A stretch of 64,000 nucleotides of DNA, from NCBI GenBank assembly GCA_963666215.2, contig CAXWPL010000001.1:448001-512000 (forward strand). The letters are read 5' to 3'. The DNA comes from Acidobacteriota bacterium. GTDB lineage: Bacteria > Acidobacteriota > UBA890 > WLXD01. A program made the translations under genes and the position numbers. The notes beneath the pieces are model-generated. The model had not been told where the DNA came from and searched no databases. It saw nothing but the letters and a program-made list of their open reading frames with translations. Shown piece after piece: positions 41,600-52,444 of the stretch (position 1 is its first letter; every line of letters starts with the position of its first letter).

Positions 41600-42075
41600 G
41601 GCCACCAGACCTTCGCGGCGGACTTCTGACGTCGCGGTTCGACGAGCACTCCATGAAGGTATCGCCCGACGGTCGCTGGATCGTGTACGTATCCGACGAA
41701 ACCGGCCGCGACGAGGTCCATGTGACCTCGTTTCCGGAGCCTGGCCGACGGTGGCAGGTCTCGGCTGGCGGCGGCTCCGAGCCCGTATGGGCCAAAGACG
41801 GAAGTGAGTTGTTCTACCGGCGCGGGCAGTCGCTAACTGCGGTGGCTGTCGAGCTCTCACCCGAGTTCGCCGTCGGCCAGCGCAGCGTCTTGTTCGGGGG
41901 CGAGTACTTCGCGTACCGATACCACGCCCAGCACGACGTGTCTCCCGGGAGCGATCGATTCCTGATGGTCGACATGTCACAGACTCGCGGCGGGGGGCCG
42001 GCCTTCGACGTCGTGCTCAACTGGGGACAGGAACTCCGTCAACTCACACGCGGCGACGCGATCGGCGCCCGATAG
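41600..42075 (+). pseudogene. C-terminal TolB-like fragment of a Ser/Thr kinase
   Basis: SPDGRWIVYVSDETGRDEV..WQVS.GGG..ELFY..DVSP..RFLMV..VVLNW. Confidence 0.85.
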
Positions 42076-42363
42076 CTCGGGTGTCGCCTCGCTTCTGACG
42101 TTGCGACCGCTCTCTCCTAGCAGGCGAAGGCGAAGTCGCTGATCAGCGGGACGTTCTTGATCTTGATTGTCACGCGGGTCTTCGGGTCGACGTGCATCAA
42201 CAGCTGGCACGTGCACTAGGCCGCGTGCCTCCAGATTCAGCAGGAGCAACCGGAACCCGTTGCGTCCGGCGTCGAGGCCCGTGTGATGCTTCGCGTGATG
42301 CTGCAGGATCTCATACGAGGCGCGCCGCGAGCTCGACTGACCGACGCTAGCAGCCACGGGCTG

Positions 42364-43350
42364 CTAGACCCCGCGGAATCCCATGCCCATCTCTGTCGTG
42401 GCGAGCTCCGCCGCGCGCAGAGCCTTTTTCTTTCCGCGTGACGCGCCGAACTGGCCAATCGCCACGCCGGCGAGAATGATCGCTCCGCCGGTGATTTGTG
42501 CCGCCATCGGCACCTCGCCGAGAATCACGAACGCTGCCGCGATGGCCACCAGTGGCGTGAAAGAGCTCGCTAGCGAGATCTGCGAGGTGTCGCAGGTCCG
42601 CAGTCCAGCGAACCAGAGCGTCTGCCCGAGGGCAACAATCAGGGTCCCGTAGAGCAGCATCCAGCGCCACAGCACCGGCGAGAAGATATCCGTGAAGTGC
42701 TGCGCGCCGAACAGAATCATCACGATCGCCGCGAATACGATCGTGCCCACCGCAACTCGCACAGTGGCGAAGATCCCGAGTGGCACATTGCCGAGCTTGG
42801 CCTTCGACAGGATCGTCCCGCAGGCGAAACAAACGGCTCCGGCCAGCGCCAGGATCTCGCCGCGCCCGAGCATCGCGCCAGCCGAGACGTTGTCCATCAC
42901 CGGCTGCAACAGAAGGCTCGCAGCAACACCGACAAGGGCCACGATTGCGCCGGCCGCACCCCAGAGGTTCAAGCGTTCGCCGAGCACGGCAACCCCGAGG
43001 CCGATAACAAGAGGGGGCTCGATGCGCCCGAGAAGCACCACGCTGGTAACCGACGTGAGGTCGAGGGCGGTAAAGATCAGGGCCGGCGCGGCCGCAACCG
43101 ACAGCAGCGTAACGCCGAGCAGCGCGCCCCACTCGCCCGGTGTGATCCGTTGAACCGCGGCACGAGTCCACGATCGCCGGTGCAGCAGAAACATGCAGAC
43201 GAAGGCAATCAGATTGCCCGCGAAAAGCACGTTGCAGAACGAGATCGGGTTGCGGCTGTCAATCAGGCTCAGCTCGCCGATCTCGGTGAGCTTGCGGACC
43301 ACGGAATTTGCGGTCGCCAAGATCGCGACCGCTAGCCAGAGCTTGAGCAC
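42364..43350 (-). CDS. DMT/EamA-family transporter (start uncertain)
   Basis: ANSVVRKL..NPISFCNVLF.GN; about 10 TM segments; LGE motifs. Confidence 0.85.
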   Translation of the reverse strand: MLKLWLAVAILATANSVVRKLTEIGELSLIDSRNPISFCNVLFAGNLIAFVCMFLLHRRSWTRAAVQRITPGEWGALLGVTLLSVAAAPALIFTALDLTSVTSVVLLGRIEPPLVIGLGVAVLGERLNLWGAAGAIVALVGVAASLLLQPVMDNVSAGAMLGRGEILALAGAVCFACGTILSKAKLGNVPLGIFATVRVAVGTIVFAAIVMILFGAQHFTDIFSPVLWRWMLLYGTLIVALGQTLWFAGLRTCDTSQISLASSFTPLVAIAAAFVILGEVPMAAQITGGAIILAGVAIGQFGASRGKKKALRAAELATTEMGMGFRGV

Positions 43351-43506
43351 GCCGTCCTTGTAACACGTGGGGTACCGCGACGATCATGGGCGTCGCGCGA
43401 CTGCCAGCCGGCGCCGCGAGAGAACAACCGGCCATGTGATGCGGCACCCACTGGAATTCGCTCTTGTTATGTGATTTGATTTTGTTTAGTTACTTCGATC
43501 ACATCG

Positions 43507-43857
43507 ATGGAGCAAACGATGGGTAAGGGTGAGCATCTCGGCGAATTCGAGCAGGTGGTGTTACTGGCGATCGCACGCCTCGATGGAGACGCGCACGGAG
43601 CGGCGATCCATGCCGAGATCGAAGCCACGACGGGTCGCGACGTATCGCTGGCGACCGTCTACGTCACCGTCTCGCGACTGGCCGACAAGGGGTATCTGAC
43701 GACCTCGGCGGGCCTGGCGTCAGAGGAGCGTGGTGGACGGGCGCGCAAGATGGTGCGCCTGACCAGCGAGGGACGCCGGCAGCTCCAGGCCGTGCGGCTG
43801 GCGATGGAGAGCCTCTGGGAGGGGGTGGCCTTCGACCCGGTGCGGGGCGGACGGTGA
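43507..43857 (+). CDS. PadR-family transcriptional regulator
   Basis: LGEFEQVVLLAI..VYVTVSRL..KG..ERGGRARK; overlaps the permease start. Confidence 0.9.
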   Translation: MEQTMGKGEHLGEFEQVVLLAIARLDGDAHGAAIHAEIEATTGRDVSLATVYVTVSRLADKGYLTTSAGLASEERGGRARKMVRLTSEGRRQLQAVRLAMESLWEGVAFDPVRGGR

Positions 43858-45155
43858 GACGCCCGCCTGCGCTGGCCGTACGCCTTATCGAACGGAGTCT
43901 TCGCGGCGTGGATCGCGAGTTTCTGCTCGGCGACCTGGAGGAGCGCTTCCGGCAGCGCGCCATAGACCGGTCGCCGTTGGCGGCGCGCGCGTGGTACTGG
44001 CGTCAGGCGGTTTCTGCGGCGACGACGCGCGGGCTCGGACGGTCGCGCTACGCGGCCGGAGCGAGAGACACGCTCCAACACCTGTTCGACGATCTACGGT
44101 TCGCGCTCCGCGCTCTCCGCGCGCGACCGCTGGTAACCGCTGTCGCGTCGGTTGCCCTGGCCCTGGGCATCGGCCTCACGGGTGGCGCGTTCGGTATCCT
44201 GCAGGGCACCGTGCTGGCCGGGCTTCCGTTCGAGCGTTCGGAGCGTCTGGTGCACATGGAACGTGCCAACCCCTCGGCCGGGCAGCCATCGCTGGCGGTA
44301 ACGCCCCACGACTACTTGGCATGGAGGCGGCACCAGACCTCGTTCGAGGACTTCGGAGCCTACGTCGAGGCGGTGGCCGTTGTCGAGAGCGACGACGGTC
44401 CCGCGGAGCGCCTCACGGGGGTGTTCCTGAATGCGGCGACGCTTCGGTTGCTGCGCGTTGGCGCCCTACGGGGCCGGGTTTTCGACGAGGCCGACGAGGC
44501 GAGCGACGAGCCGCTGGTACTGCTGTCGCACGCTACCTGGACGAGCAGGTTCGACGCCGACGAGGATCTGATCGGGGCGACGGTTCGATTGAACGGGGCC
44601 GCGCACACGGTGGTCGGGGTTATGGCGCCAGGCTTCGGATTCCCCATCGCCGAGCAGTTCTGGATGCCCCTGCGTATCGACCTGAACGCGGTGGAGCGCG
44701 GCAGTGGAAGGCTGGATGTGTTCGGCCGATTGCGTGACGGCGTGGAGCTCGAGGCTGCGCGTGCGGAGTTTGCTGCACTGGGTAGCTCGCTGGCGAGCGA
44801 GTTCCCGGAGACCAACGAGGGCGTCGAACCGGTGCTGAGCACCTTCCACGACGAATACATCGGCGAGGACTTTTCGGGCTCGGTGCGAGCCTTGCTCGTG
44901 GGCGCGGGGTTCCTCTTGCTGTTGTGCTGCGCCAACGTCGCCAATCTGCTGCTCGTGAAGGGCGCCGAGCGTCGTACCGAGATCGCGGTGCGATCGGCAT
45001 TGGGAGGCACTCGCTTCCGACTCGCCCGCCAGCTTCTTTTCGAGACGGCGCTGCTGGCGGCCCTGGGTGCGGCGATGGGCCTTGGTGTGGCCTCGGCGAT
45101 CATGCGTTGGTTCAACATCGCCGGAGCAGAGGCGGGAGTGTTGCGGCTGCCGCAC
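43854..45155 (+). pseudogene. ADOP-type ABC (MacB/FtsX-like) permease, N-terminal half only
   Basis: GDLEE, DLRFALR, LALGIG, GRLRDG, CANVANLLL..R..EIAVRSALG; homology ends at about 45155. Confidence 0.85.
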
Positions 45156-47002
45156 GGCTGCTCGGGCCACAGCTGGCTGGCCAGAAGCTCGTCGACGATG
45201 GCCACCGGCGGTCCGCTGTCGGACTCGGTTTCGGCGAGGGTGAAGCCGCGGCCGCTGCGAATCCTCACTCCGAGCGTCTCGAAGTAGTCGACGCCGACAA
45301 TGTTCGATGTTGCCGCGATTGTCTCGATCTCGCCGGCTCCGCCGCCGGCGCTCTGGGGCAAGTCCTCGGAACGCCGAACCCGCTTGCCGCTCGATACGGC
45401 GCCGAATGGCACCGTTGCCGCCAGGCTCGCGGACTCGATTCCGGGAATGCCGCGGAGCCGCTCGTTCAGCCTGCGGTACAGGTCCTGGCTCCGCGGCTCG
45501 TCGTAGCCCACCAGGCCAGGATCGACCTCCGCCAGGAGCCCGTTCTGCGTGCTGAATCCAGGATCGACGTTGGCCGCTCTCAGAGCGCCGCGAATGAAGA
45601 GCCCGGCGGCGGTCAACAGGGCAAGCGAGAGAGCGATCTGGCTCACAACGAGAAGGTTGCGCCCGCCGAACGCACCCCGCCAGCCTCCCTTGGCCAGCTC
45701 TTCGCCGCTGTGGTCCTTGAGATCTCCCATCACGTCGGGCCGCGACTGCCTCCAGGCGGGACCAAATCCGAAGAACAGAGTGCCGAGCACACAGAAAACC
45801 GCCGTCGCCAACAGCACTCGCCCGTCCGGCGTGGAACGGAGAACGATGTCCATCGACAAACTGTTGAGCGCCAGCAGTTCCTGCATCGAGGCGGCCAGCA
45901 GGTTGTTGACCCAGACCGCGATCACCAGGCCAGCAACGCCGCCGAGGGCCGCCAGCAGCAATCCCTCGGTGAGCAGCTGGCGCAGGATCCTTCCCTGCCC
46001 GCCACCAATGGCGGCGCGAATGGCGAACTCCTTGCGTCGCGCCGCGCCGCGCGCCAGGAGCATGTTGGCGAGATTGATGCACGCGATCAGCAGCACGATC
46101 CCGGTCATGCCGAGCAGCAGGACGAAGACGAGCGAAAGCTGACCATCTTCGTCGGCCGGGTCGGTGCTGATCGACAGACGAGAGACCGGGCCCACGATGA
46201 TCGTTTGGTCCTCGTTGATGGACGGAAAAGTCTCGCGCATGCGGGCGGCGAGCACGCCGAGCTGCGCGTCGGCATCTTCTGCCGTCAGGCCCGGGCGCAA
46301 CCGACCTATGAGAAAGAGCGTGTGGTTGTCGCGATCGGCCAGCTTTCCGTCGCCATCGGCGAACGCGGGATTTGTCAGGAGGTCGTGCAAGCCGAGCGGC
46401 AAGTAAATCGACGGCGACAGCAACGCCGTGCAACCGGTGAAATGACGCGGGGCGATACCGACGATGGTCAACGGCTCACCGTTGATGATCAGCGTCTGGC
46501 CAATGAGCTCCGGATCCTGGCCCGATCGTCTCCAGTGCTCGTAGCTGACGACGACGACCGGCACCCCGCTCCCCGGGGCCTCCTCGGCCGCCGTGAAGAA
46601 TCGGCCACGAAACGGGCTCACTCCGAAAGTGTCGAAGTAGTCATGCGAGGCGAGCTCGGCAAAAACGCGGCGGGTCGACTCACCCTCTGTAACCCCGACC
46701 ATGGTCAAGTCGTGGGCCATCAAGCTGGTGAACGTGGTGTTCTGCTCGCGGATGTCCTCGAAGTTCGGATACGAGAAGCTCCGAAAGGAGTCCGGGCGAG
46801 TTGTGTGCTTGCTGAACAGTGCCACCAGCTCGTGCGGAGCCTCCGCCTGAATGGGTCGCAGCAGGAGAGCGTTCGTCAGCGTGAAGATCGACGTGTTGGC
46901 ACCAATTCCGAGCCCCAGAACGGTCACCGCCACCGCTGTGAAGCCGGGGTTCTTCACGAGAACACGGACGGCGTAGCGGAAGTCCTGCCAGACGCTCTCC
47001 AA
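45156..47002 (-). pseudogene. ADOP-type ABC permease, C-terminally truncated
   Basis: WQDFRYAVRVL.KNPGF, LGIGANT, IACINLANMLLAR, LVVSQIALSL, DPGF, YFETLG; homology ends at LWPEQ. Confidence 0.85.
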
Positions 47003-47338
47003 GATGATTCCTCCGAACGGAGTAAAGGGACTGCTTCAGTCGATCGATCGATCGGTAGATAGGTAGGTACTGCTGTTCGCCAGAATGGTTTCGAGAACCA
47101 GACCCCACCCTACTGGAGAACGCGGATGACCTCGGGTTGGTTCGCGCTCCGAGTCGAAAGGTCCCTCGACCGCGACACGGCCAATGATCACCAAAGAACA
47201 CTTTTAAACAGACAAGGACATCCGTGGCGTTCGATACATTCGAATCGTCAGTGTGCCACTAGCGACAACTGCGGCCACAGCGCATCCTGACGCAGCTCAC
47301 CTCCCCGGTTGCTACCCGCAAGTGAGGTCGAGTCGCAG

Positions 47339-48898
47339 ATGAGCCAGCAAAAGAAAACGTTCCTGTTGTCGATCGTTCTAGCCATGTTGGCCACCGGGGT
47401 TGCCGCGCCCCGGCCGGCCATCGCGGCGGACGAGGACGGTCCATCGGCGCCGGCCGAGCTCGCGCTCGAGGTTCTCGAGAGCGGCGCGGTTTCGCTCAGT
47501 TGGATCGATACCTCGAACAACGAGACCGAGTTCCGTGTCTACCGCGCGGCCCATGTTGCCGACGCAAGGGTCACCGACGACTTCGAGCTGATTGCGGAGC
47601 TTCCGGCCAACAGCACCAGCTACACCGATTCCGCAGTGAACGCCAACCTGTCCGGGTACTGCTACCTGGTCAAGGCACGCAACGATCTGGGCACCTCGAG
47701 CGCGGAGGACGGGTGCACCGACCTTGTAGGCGAGAAGCCCGCGCCTCCCGTTGAGCTCCAGGCGGTGGTCAACGACCTCGGCGGCGTCGACCTGAGCTGG
47801 GTCGACCAGGCCGACAACGAAACCGACTACCTCGTCTATCGACGCTTCAACGAAGACGACGACATCAACGCCGACGGCGATTTCGTTGTCATTGCCGAGC
47901 TTCCCGCCAACAGCACCAGCTACACCGATTCGGATGTCGACGCCTCGGTGTTCGTAATCTGCTACCTGGTCAAGGCACGCAACGAGTTCGGCAAATCTCG
48001 CGGCGAAGACGTTTGCACCGAAGGAGGCGAGGGTGAGAAGCCCGCGCGTCCCGTTGAGCTCGAGGCTTTGGTCAACGACCTCGGCGGTGTCGACCTGGGA
48101 TGGGTGGACCAGGCCGACAACGAAACCGGCTACCTCGTCTATCGGAGCCACGACGACGACGGTGACTCCTTCACGGACGACGACTTCGGACTCATCGCCG
48201 AGCTGCCTGCCAACAGCACGGGCTATACCGACCTCGCGGTCAACGCCACCGAGGCCGTCTACTGCTACCTGGTGAAGGCGGTTAACGAGTTCGGCAAGTC
48301 TCGCGCCGAGGACGTCTGCACCGAGGGTGAGAAGCCCGAAGCTCCCGACGACCTCGAGGTTGGTGTGGGAGATCTCGGTGATGTCGAGCTCTCGTGGATT
48401 GACCGGGCCGACGACGAGTTCGCCTACCTCGTCTACCGCGGCGCCGACCACGTCGACGCCAGGGCCACGGACGACGACTTCGACCTCATCGCCACACTCG
48501 ACGCGAACGCCACGAGCTATCACGACTCGAAGGTGAACGCGCTCGAGACCGTGTTCTGCTACCGCGTCACCGCCATGAGCTCATTCGGCGAGTCGCACGG
48601 TGAGAAAGCGTGCACCGGCGTGTTCGACGTGCCCGACCCGCCGAAGGCTGTCAAAGCCAAGCCCGCCGAGGACGCCATCGACCTGCGCTGGAAGGACAGG
48701 TCGGCCAACGAAGACGGCTTCGTGGTGACGATGAAGAAGAAGCGCTTGTGGCCAGAGATCGCCGAGGTTGACGCCTCAGAAACGACACTCACCGTGGGCG
48801 GTCTCAAGGCCGGGCGGAGGTACTGCTTCCGGGTCGCCGCGTTCAACAGTGCTGGAGAATCCAAGGCCAGGAAGCGCTGCGCCAGGGCCGGCAGCTAG
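47339..48898 (+). CDS. Secreted protein of five tandem fibronectin type III repeats
   Basis: Signal peptide; about 100-aa units P..P..L..V.LSW.D...NE..Y.VYR..L.AN.TSY.D..YCY.V.A.N..G.S. Confidence 0.9.
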   Translation: MSQQKKTFLLSIVLAMLATGVAAPRPAIAADEDGPSAPAELALEVLESGAVSLSWIDTSNNETEFRVYRAAHVADARVTDDFELIAELPANSTSYTDSAVNANLSGYCYLVKARNDLGTSSAEDGCTDLVGEKPAPPVELQAVVNDLGGVDLSWVDQADNETDYLVYRRFNEDDDINADGDFVVIAELPANSTSYTDSDVDASVFVICYLVKARNEFGKSRGEDVCTEGGEGEKPARPVELEALVNDLGGVDLGWVDQADNETGYLVYRSHDDDGDSFTDDDFGLIAELPANSTGYTDLAVNATEAVYCYLVKAVNEFGKSRAEDVCTEGEKPEAPDDLEVGVGDLGDVELSWIDRADDEFAYLVYRGADHVDARATDDDFDLIATLDANATSYHDSKVNALETVFCYRVTAMSSFGESHGEKACTGVFDVPDPPKAVKAKPAEDAIDLRWKDRSANEDGFVVTMKKKRLWPEIAEVDASETTLTVGGLKAGRRYCFRVAAFNSAGESKARKRCARAGS

Positions 48899-48947
48899 GC
48901 GCCCCTGACCGCCGCCAAAACAAGCGAGGAGCAGCTCACAGCCCTCG

Positions 48948-48990
48948 GAGGGGTCGGACCGGCCGGAGAGGTCGGCCGGCCCCTCTTCTT
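48948..48990 (+). terminator. Probable intrinsic terminator between convergent genes
   Basis: GAGGGGTCGG...CCGGCCCCTC stem followed by TTCTT. Confidence 0.5.
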
Positions 48991-49032
48991 GGTTTTGTCG
49001 CTGTCGATTCTGCAGAGGATCCCCTGGAACCA

Positions 49033-50430
49033 TCAGCGGATCAAGAAGATCCCGTCGTTGGCAGGCTGGATCCACTCGACACCGTTGCCGGTGACCACCT
49101 GCGGGTTCGAGAAGTTGATGGTGATCGGCCAGCCGGGACGTTCCGGAAGATTTGTGTGAACCGCGAACTCGAAGGCGAAAAGATGGTTCTGGTGAATCTT
49201 GATGTTGTCGCGGTCTCGCCGGAACGGCGCCATCGAAGCTCCCACTGTCACCAAGCCGCCGCCATTGTTGCCCATGGCGTGCAGATCGACGTAGAAACCT
49301 GACTTGTCGGTTCCAGCGAGCGCCTCCTGGATCATGACGTAGTCGTCTTCGTCGACATCGGTGAGCGGCGTGTAGATGTAGTCGGCCGCCTCCATTGCCG
49401 CGATCATGGCGTTGAGCGACTCGCCCGCGGTCATGCCCACGCGCACCTGCTGGCGCAGGATTCCTTGCGCCTTCTTCACCTGATCCCAGGCGTACTGCAG
49501 ACTCGCTGGCACCTCGCGCTCGCCGTCGCGCAGGATGTAGATGTGCGCCTTGGTGTCGGTGCCGAACGACGAGAAACCGAAGTCCATCCAGTCGGACCGG
49601 TCACCAACCGCGAGAAAGTCGCCGGGCTGTATGACGTAGTCGCTGTCGCGAATCCAGGCGCGCGCGCCAGGCGGATTGCGACGCTCCGACACGGCCGAGT
49701 AGTACACGCGGGCGTCGCAATTGCAGCTCCCGATCGTTGTCGCGCCCGGAACGATGGCGGCGATCTTCGCCATGAGGTTCTGGCGTGCGATCTCGAGCGT
49801 GTTGGCCTGCACCACGACCTCGCGAATCGTGCGCCGCGAGCGGAAGTCGGTAATCAGATGCTCAGCCGACACCATGCGCTGTGAGTACTGCGGCCCGAGA
49901 ATGCGCTCGAGCTTGCGGTACTGCGTGTAGGAGATGCCGTCGGCGACCGCCAGCCAGTCGGAGAAGTTCACCGCGATCGTCTGCGGGTCGCGCGCCGCCA
50001 CGAACTCGGCGATCTCGTCGTAGACCGACGGGTCGACGTTGCCGTAGTCGTACCCCTCGATGGCGCGCGATAGCGCCAGCGAGGCCCGCACCTCGATCTT
50101 CGGTACGGCGGGCCTGTCGAACACGCCACCAAAATGCGCCCGCTCGATGCGGTCGCCGAGGTCGGTGAAGATCAGATAGCCGCCGCCCGAGCCGAGCTCG
50201 TACTCCAGCGGATCCGGATCGCCCGCACGAGTCACGTGGATCCACATGTCCACGCCGTTGTCGCGCATCGCGCTCGGCAGGATCATGTCGAGCTTCTCGG
50301 CCCGGATCATGCGCAGCACTTCGGCGGGGTCGGGCCGATACTCGTCTTGCGCGTTGGCCACCGACGGAGCAACCCATATGAGCACTGCAACGATGATCGA
50401 AGGTACGATCCGGCCAGCTGGTTTCTTCAC
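49033..50430 (-). CDS. Exported M24-like protein, paralog of 18341-19783
   Basis: EKLDMILPSAMRDNGVDMWIH, RDPQTIAVN, ADGISY, HLFAFEF, SNPQVVT. Confidence 0.8.
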   Translation of the reverse strand: MKKPAGRIVPSIIVAVLIWVAPSVANAQDEYRPDPAEVLRMIRAEKLDMILPSAMRDNGVDMWIHVTRAGDPDPLEYELGSGGGYLIFTDLGDRIERAHFGGVFDRPAVPKIEVRASLALSRAIEGYDYGNVDPSVYDEIAEFVAARDPQTIAVNFSDWLAVADGISYTQYRKLERILGPQYSQRMVSAEHLITDFRSRRTIREVVVQANTLEIARQNLMAKIAAIVPGATTIGSCNCDARVYYSAVSERRNPPGARAWIRDSDYVIQPGDFLAVGDRSDWMDFGFSSFGTDTKAHIYILRDGEREVPASLQYAWDQVKKAQGILRQQVRVGMTAGESLNAMIAAMEAADYIYTPLTDVDEDDYVMIQEALAGTDKSGFYVDLHAMGNNGGGLVTVGASMAPFRRDRDNIKIHQNHLFAFEFAVHTNLPERPGWPITINFSNPQVVTGNGVEWIQPANDGIFLIR

Positions 50431-50574
50431 GATGCTTACGTCTCTTGGGGCGCGATTCGGCTCCGTGACGGTGTCGTGGGACTGTAAGCTGCCCGTGCCG
50501 AAACCTACAGCGCGGGCGTTTCCCGCCGACTGCGATACCTTGCAGCCATCTCGACTACGATCTCGGAGACTGCC

Positions 50575-52245
50575 ATGAGCCTGACCTCGCGCACACTTCG
50601 CACCGTTCGTACGCTCGCAGCATCGATCCTCATGGGCGGAGCGCTGTTGTCGACTCCGATGAGCCCAGCCACCGCCGCACAGTCGGCCGACTACGGCGCC
50701 CTGCTCGAGCTCTTCGAAGACTGGCGCGAGTTCGCCCCGCCGCGGGTCGTCGATGGAGTCCCCGACTACACTGCGGCTGCCATGGCGGCGCAACGACGCG
50801 AGCTCCGGACCTACCGCGCGCGACTCGATGCGTTCGAGCCCGATCTCGCCTCATGGCCTGTGGAGCAGCAGATCGACTGGCACCTCGTGCGCGCCGAGAT
50901 GAACGGCCTCGACTTCGATCACCGTGTTCGTCGGCCATGGGCCAACAACCCGGCCTCCTACGTGATGATCTTCCCGGCGGAGTCGGACGTGCCGGCGCAC
51001 GAAGGCCCGGTGATCCACGGCTGGATCGACACCTGGACCTATGAATACCCGCTATCGCCAGCCGACGCAGCCGAGCTGACTTCGCGCATAGGCGTCATCC
51101 CACCGCTGCTCGAGCAGGCGCGCGGCAACCTCGTGGGCGACGGTCACGACCTGTGGCGCATGAGCATCGGCTCGATGCGCGTCCAGAGCGCCGATCTCGC
51201 GGCATTCGGCGAGCAGGTCGCCGGCACCAGCGACGAGCTCAGCGATGCCGTGCGCGCGGCCATCCTCGCCACCAATCGATTCGCCGAGTGGATCGAGGCC
51301 GAGCTTCCCTCGAAAGACGGCGTCTCCGGCGTCGGCAAAGACAACTACACCTGGACCCTGAAGAACGTCCACCTTGTTCCCTACACCTGGGAGGAAGAGC
51401 TGACGTTGATGCGCCGTGAGCTCTGGCGCGCTCACGCCGCGTTGCGACTCGAGGAAAACCGTAACCGCAACCTGCCCGAGCTGCCGCGCTACCAGAACGC
51501 CGAGGAGTACGACGCTGCTCTCAACACTGCGGTCTCGGAATACATGGAGTTTCTCGAGGACGAGGAAATCCTGAGCATGCGCGACTACATGGACGAGGCG
51601 CTGCGCGAGCGCATCGGCGCCTTCTCGCCGCCATCACGGTCGGACGGGCTACGCGGCTTCTTCGCCGAGGTCAACTACCGCGACGGCGAAGTCATGCGCA
51701 CCCACGGCTACCACTGGTTCGACCTGGCGCGGATGCGCGAGGAACCACACGAAAGCCCGATCCGCCGCGTGCCCGCACTGTTCAACATTTACGACGCGCG
51801 CTCCGAGGGCATGGCAACCGGCGTCGAAGAAATGATGATGCACGCCGGTGGCTTCGACGATAAGCCGCGCGCCCGCGAGCTCATCTGGATCCTTCTGGCA
51901 CAGCGCGCCGCCCGCGCCATCGGTGGCCTCATGCAGCACGGTCAGGAGTGGACACTCCAAGAAGCCACGGAGTTCGCCTCCGAATGGGTGCCGCGCGGTT
52001 GGCTACCCGCCGACGGCGAGACCATCCAGTGGGAGGAGCACTTCTACCTCACCCAGCCCGGCTACGGCACAAGCTACGTCATCGGCAAGATCCAAATCGA
52101 GCAGCTGCTCGCCGAACGAGCCCTCCAGCTGGGCGACCAGTTCACCATCAAGCGCTTCATGGACGAGTTCGCCGCGGTCGGCGTGATCCCGGTCTCGATG
52201 GTTCGCTGGCAGCTGACCGGGCGCGACGACGAAATCAATCGCTAG
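50575..52245 (+). CDS. DUF885-family exported protein
   Basis: VPDY, THGYHWFD, EG.ATGVEE, QPGYGTSY..GK, F..KRF.DEF. Confidence 0.85.
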   Translation: MSLTSRTLRTVRTLAASILMGGALLSTPMSPATAAQSADYGALLELFEDWREFAPPRVVDGVPDYTAAAMAAQRRELRTYRARLDAFEPDLASWPVEQQIDWHLVRAEMNGLDFDHRVRRPWANNPASYVMIFPAESDVPAHEGPVIHGWIDTWTYEYPLSPADAAELTSRIGVIPPLLEQARGNLVGDGHDLWRMSIGSMRVQSADLAAFGEQVAGTSDELSDAVRAAILATNRFAEWIEAELPSKDGVSGVGKDNYTWTLKNVHLVPYTWEEELTLMRRELWRAHAALRLEENRNRNLPELPRYQNAEEYDAALNTAVSEYMEFLEDEEILSMRDYMDEALRERIGAFSPPSRSDGLRGFFAEVNYRDGEVMRTHGYHWFDLARMREEPHESPIRRVPALFNIYDARSEGMATGVEEMMMHAGGFDDKPRARELIWILLAQRAARAIGGLMQHGQEWTLQEATEFASEWVPRGWLPADGETIQWEEHFYLTQPGYGTSYVIGKIQIEQLLAERALQLGDQFTIKRFMDEFAAVGVIPVSMVRWQLTGRDDEINR

Positions 52246-52444
52246 AAAGAACGTCGAGCTCGTTGTGTCTTCCAAGTAGGCGGAGGATGTTCGCCGCGAG
52301 GGACCGTCGCGGATCGGTTGTCACGATCTCTTCAGAGACCGCGCGACCTCCGCGCCCATGCTGATTCTGGAGATTCAGCCGAAGACTCAATCAGTTACCA
52401 TTCCGGCCGCCCTCAATCCCCGCTCCCTCGCAAGGCATCGAACG

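Noticed and set aside
42347-42367. Palindrome CTAGCAGCC-acg-GGCTGCTAG
   Set aside because: A single short hairpin overlapping a stop codon; could be a terminator or an IS scar, with no further support.
44360-47002. 880-aa ORF as a complete ADOP permease
   Set aside because: The length is coincidental; after about 45155 it is the antisense read-through of the plus-strand permease.
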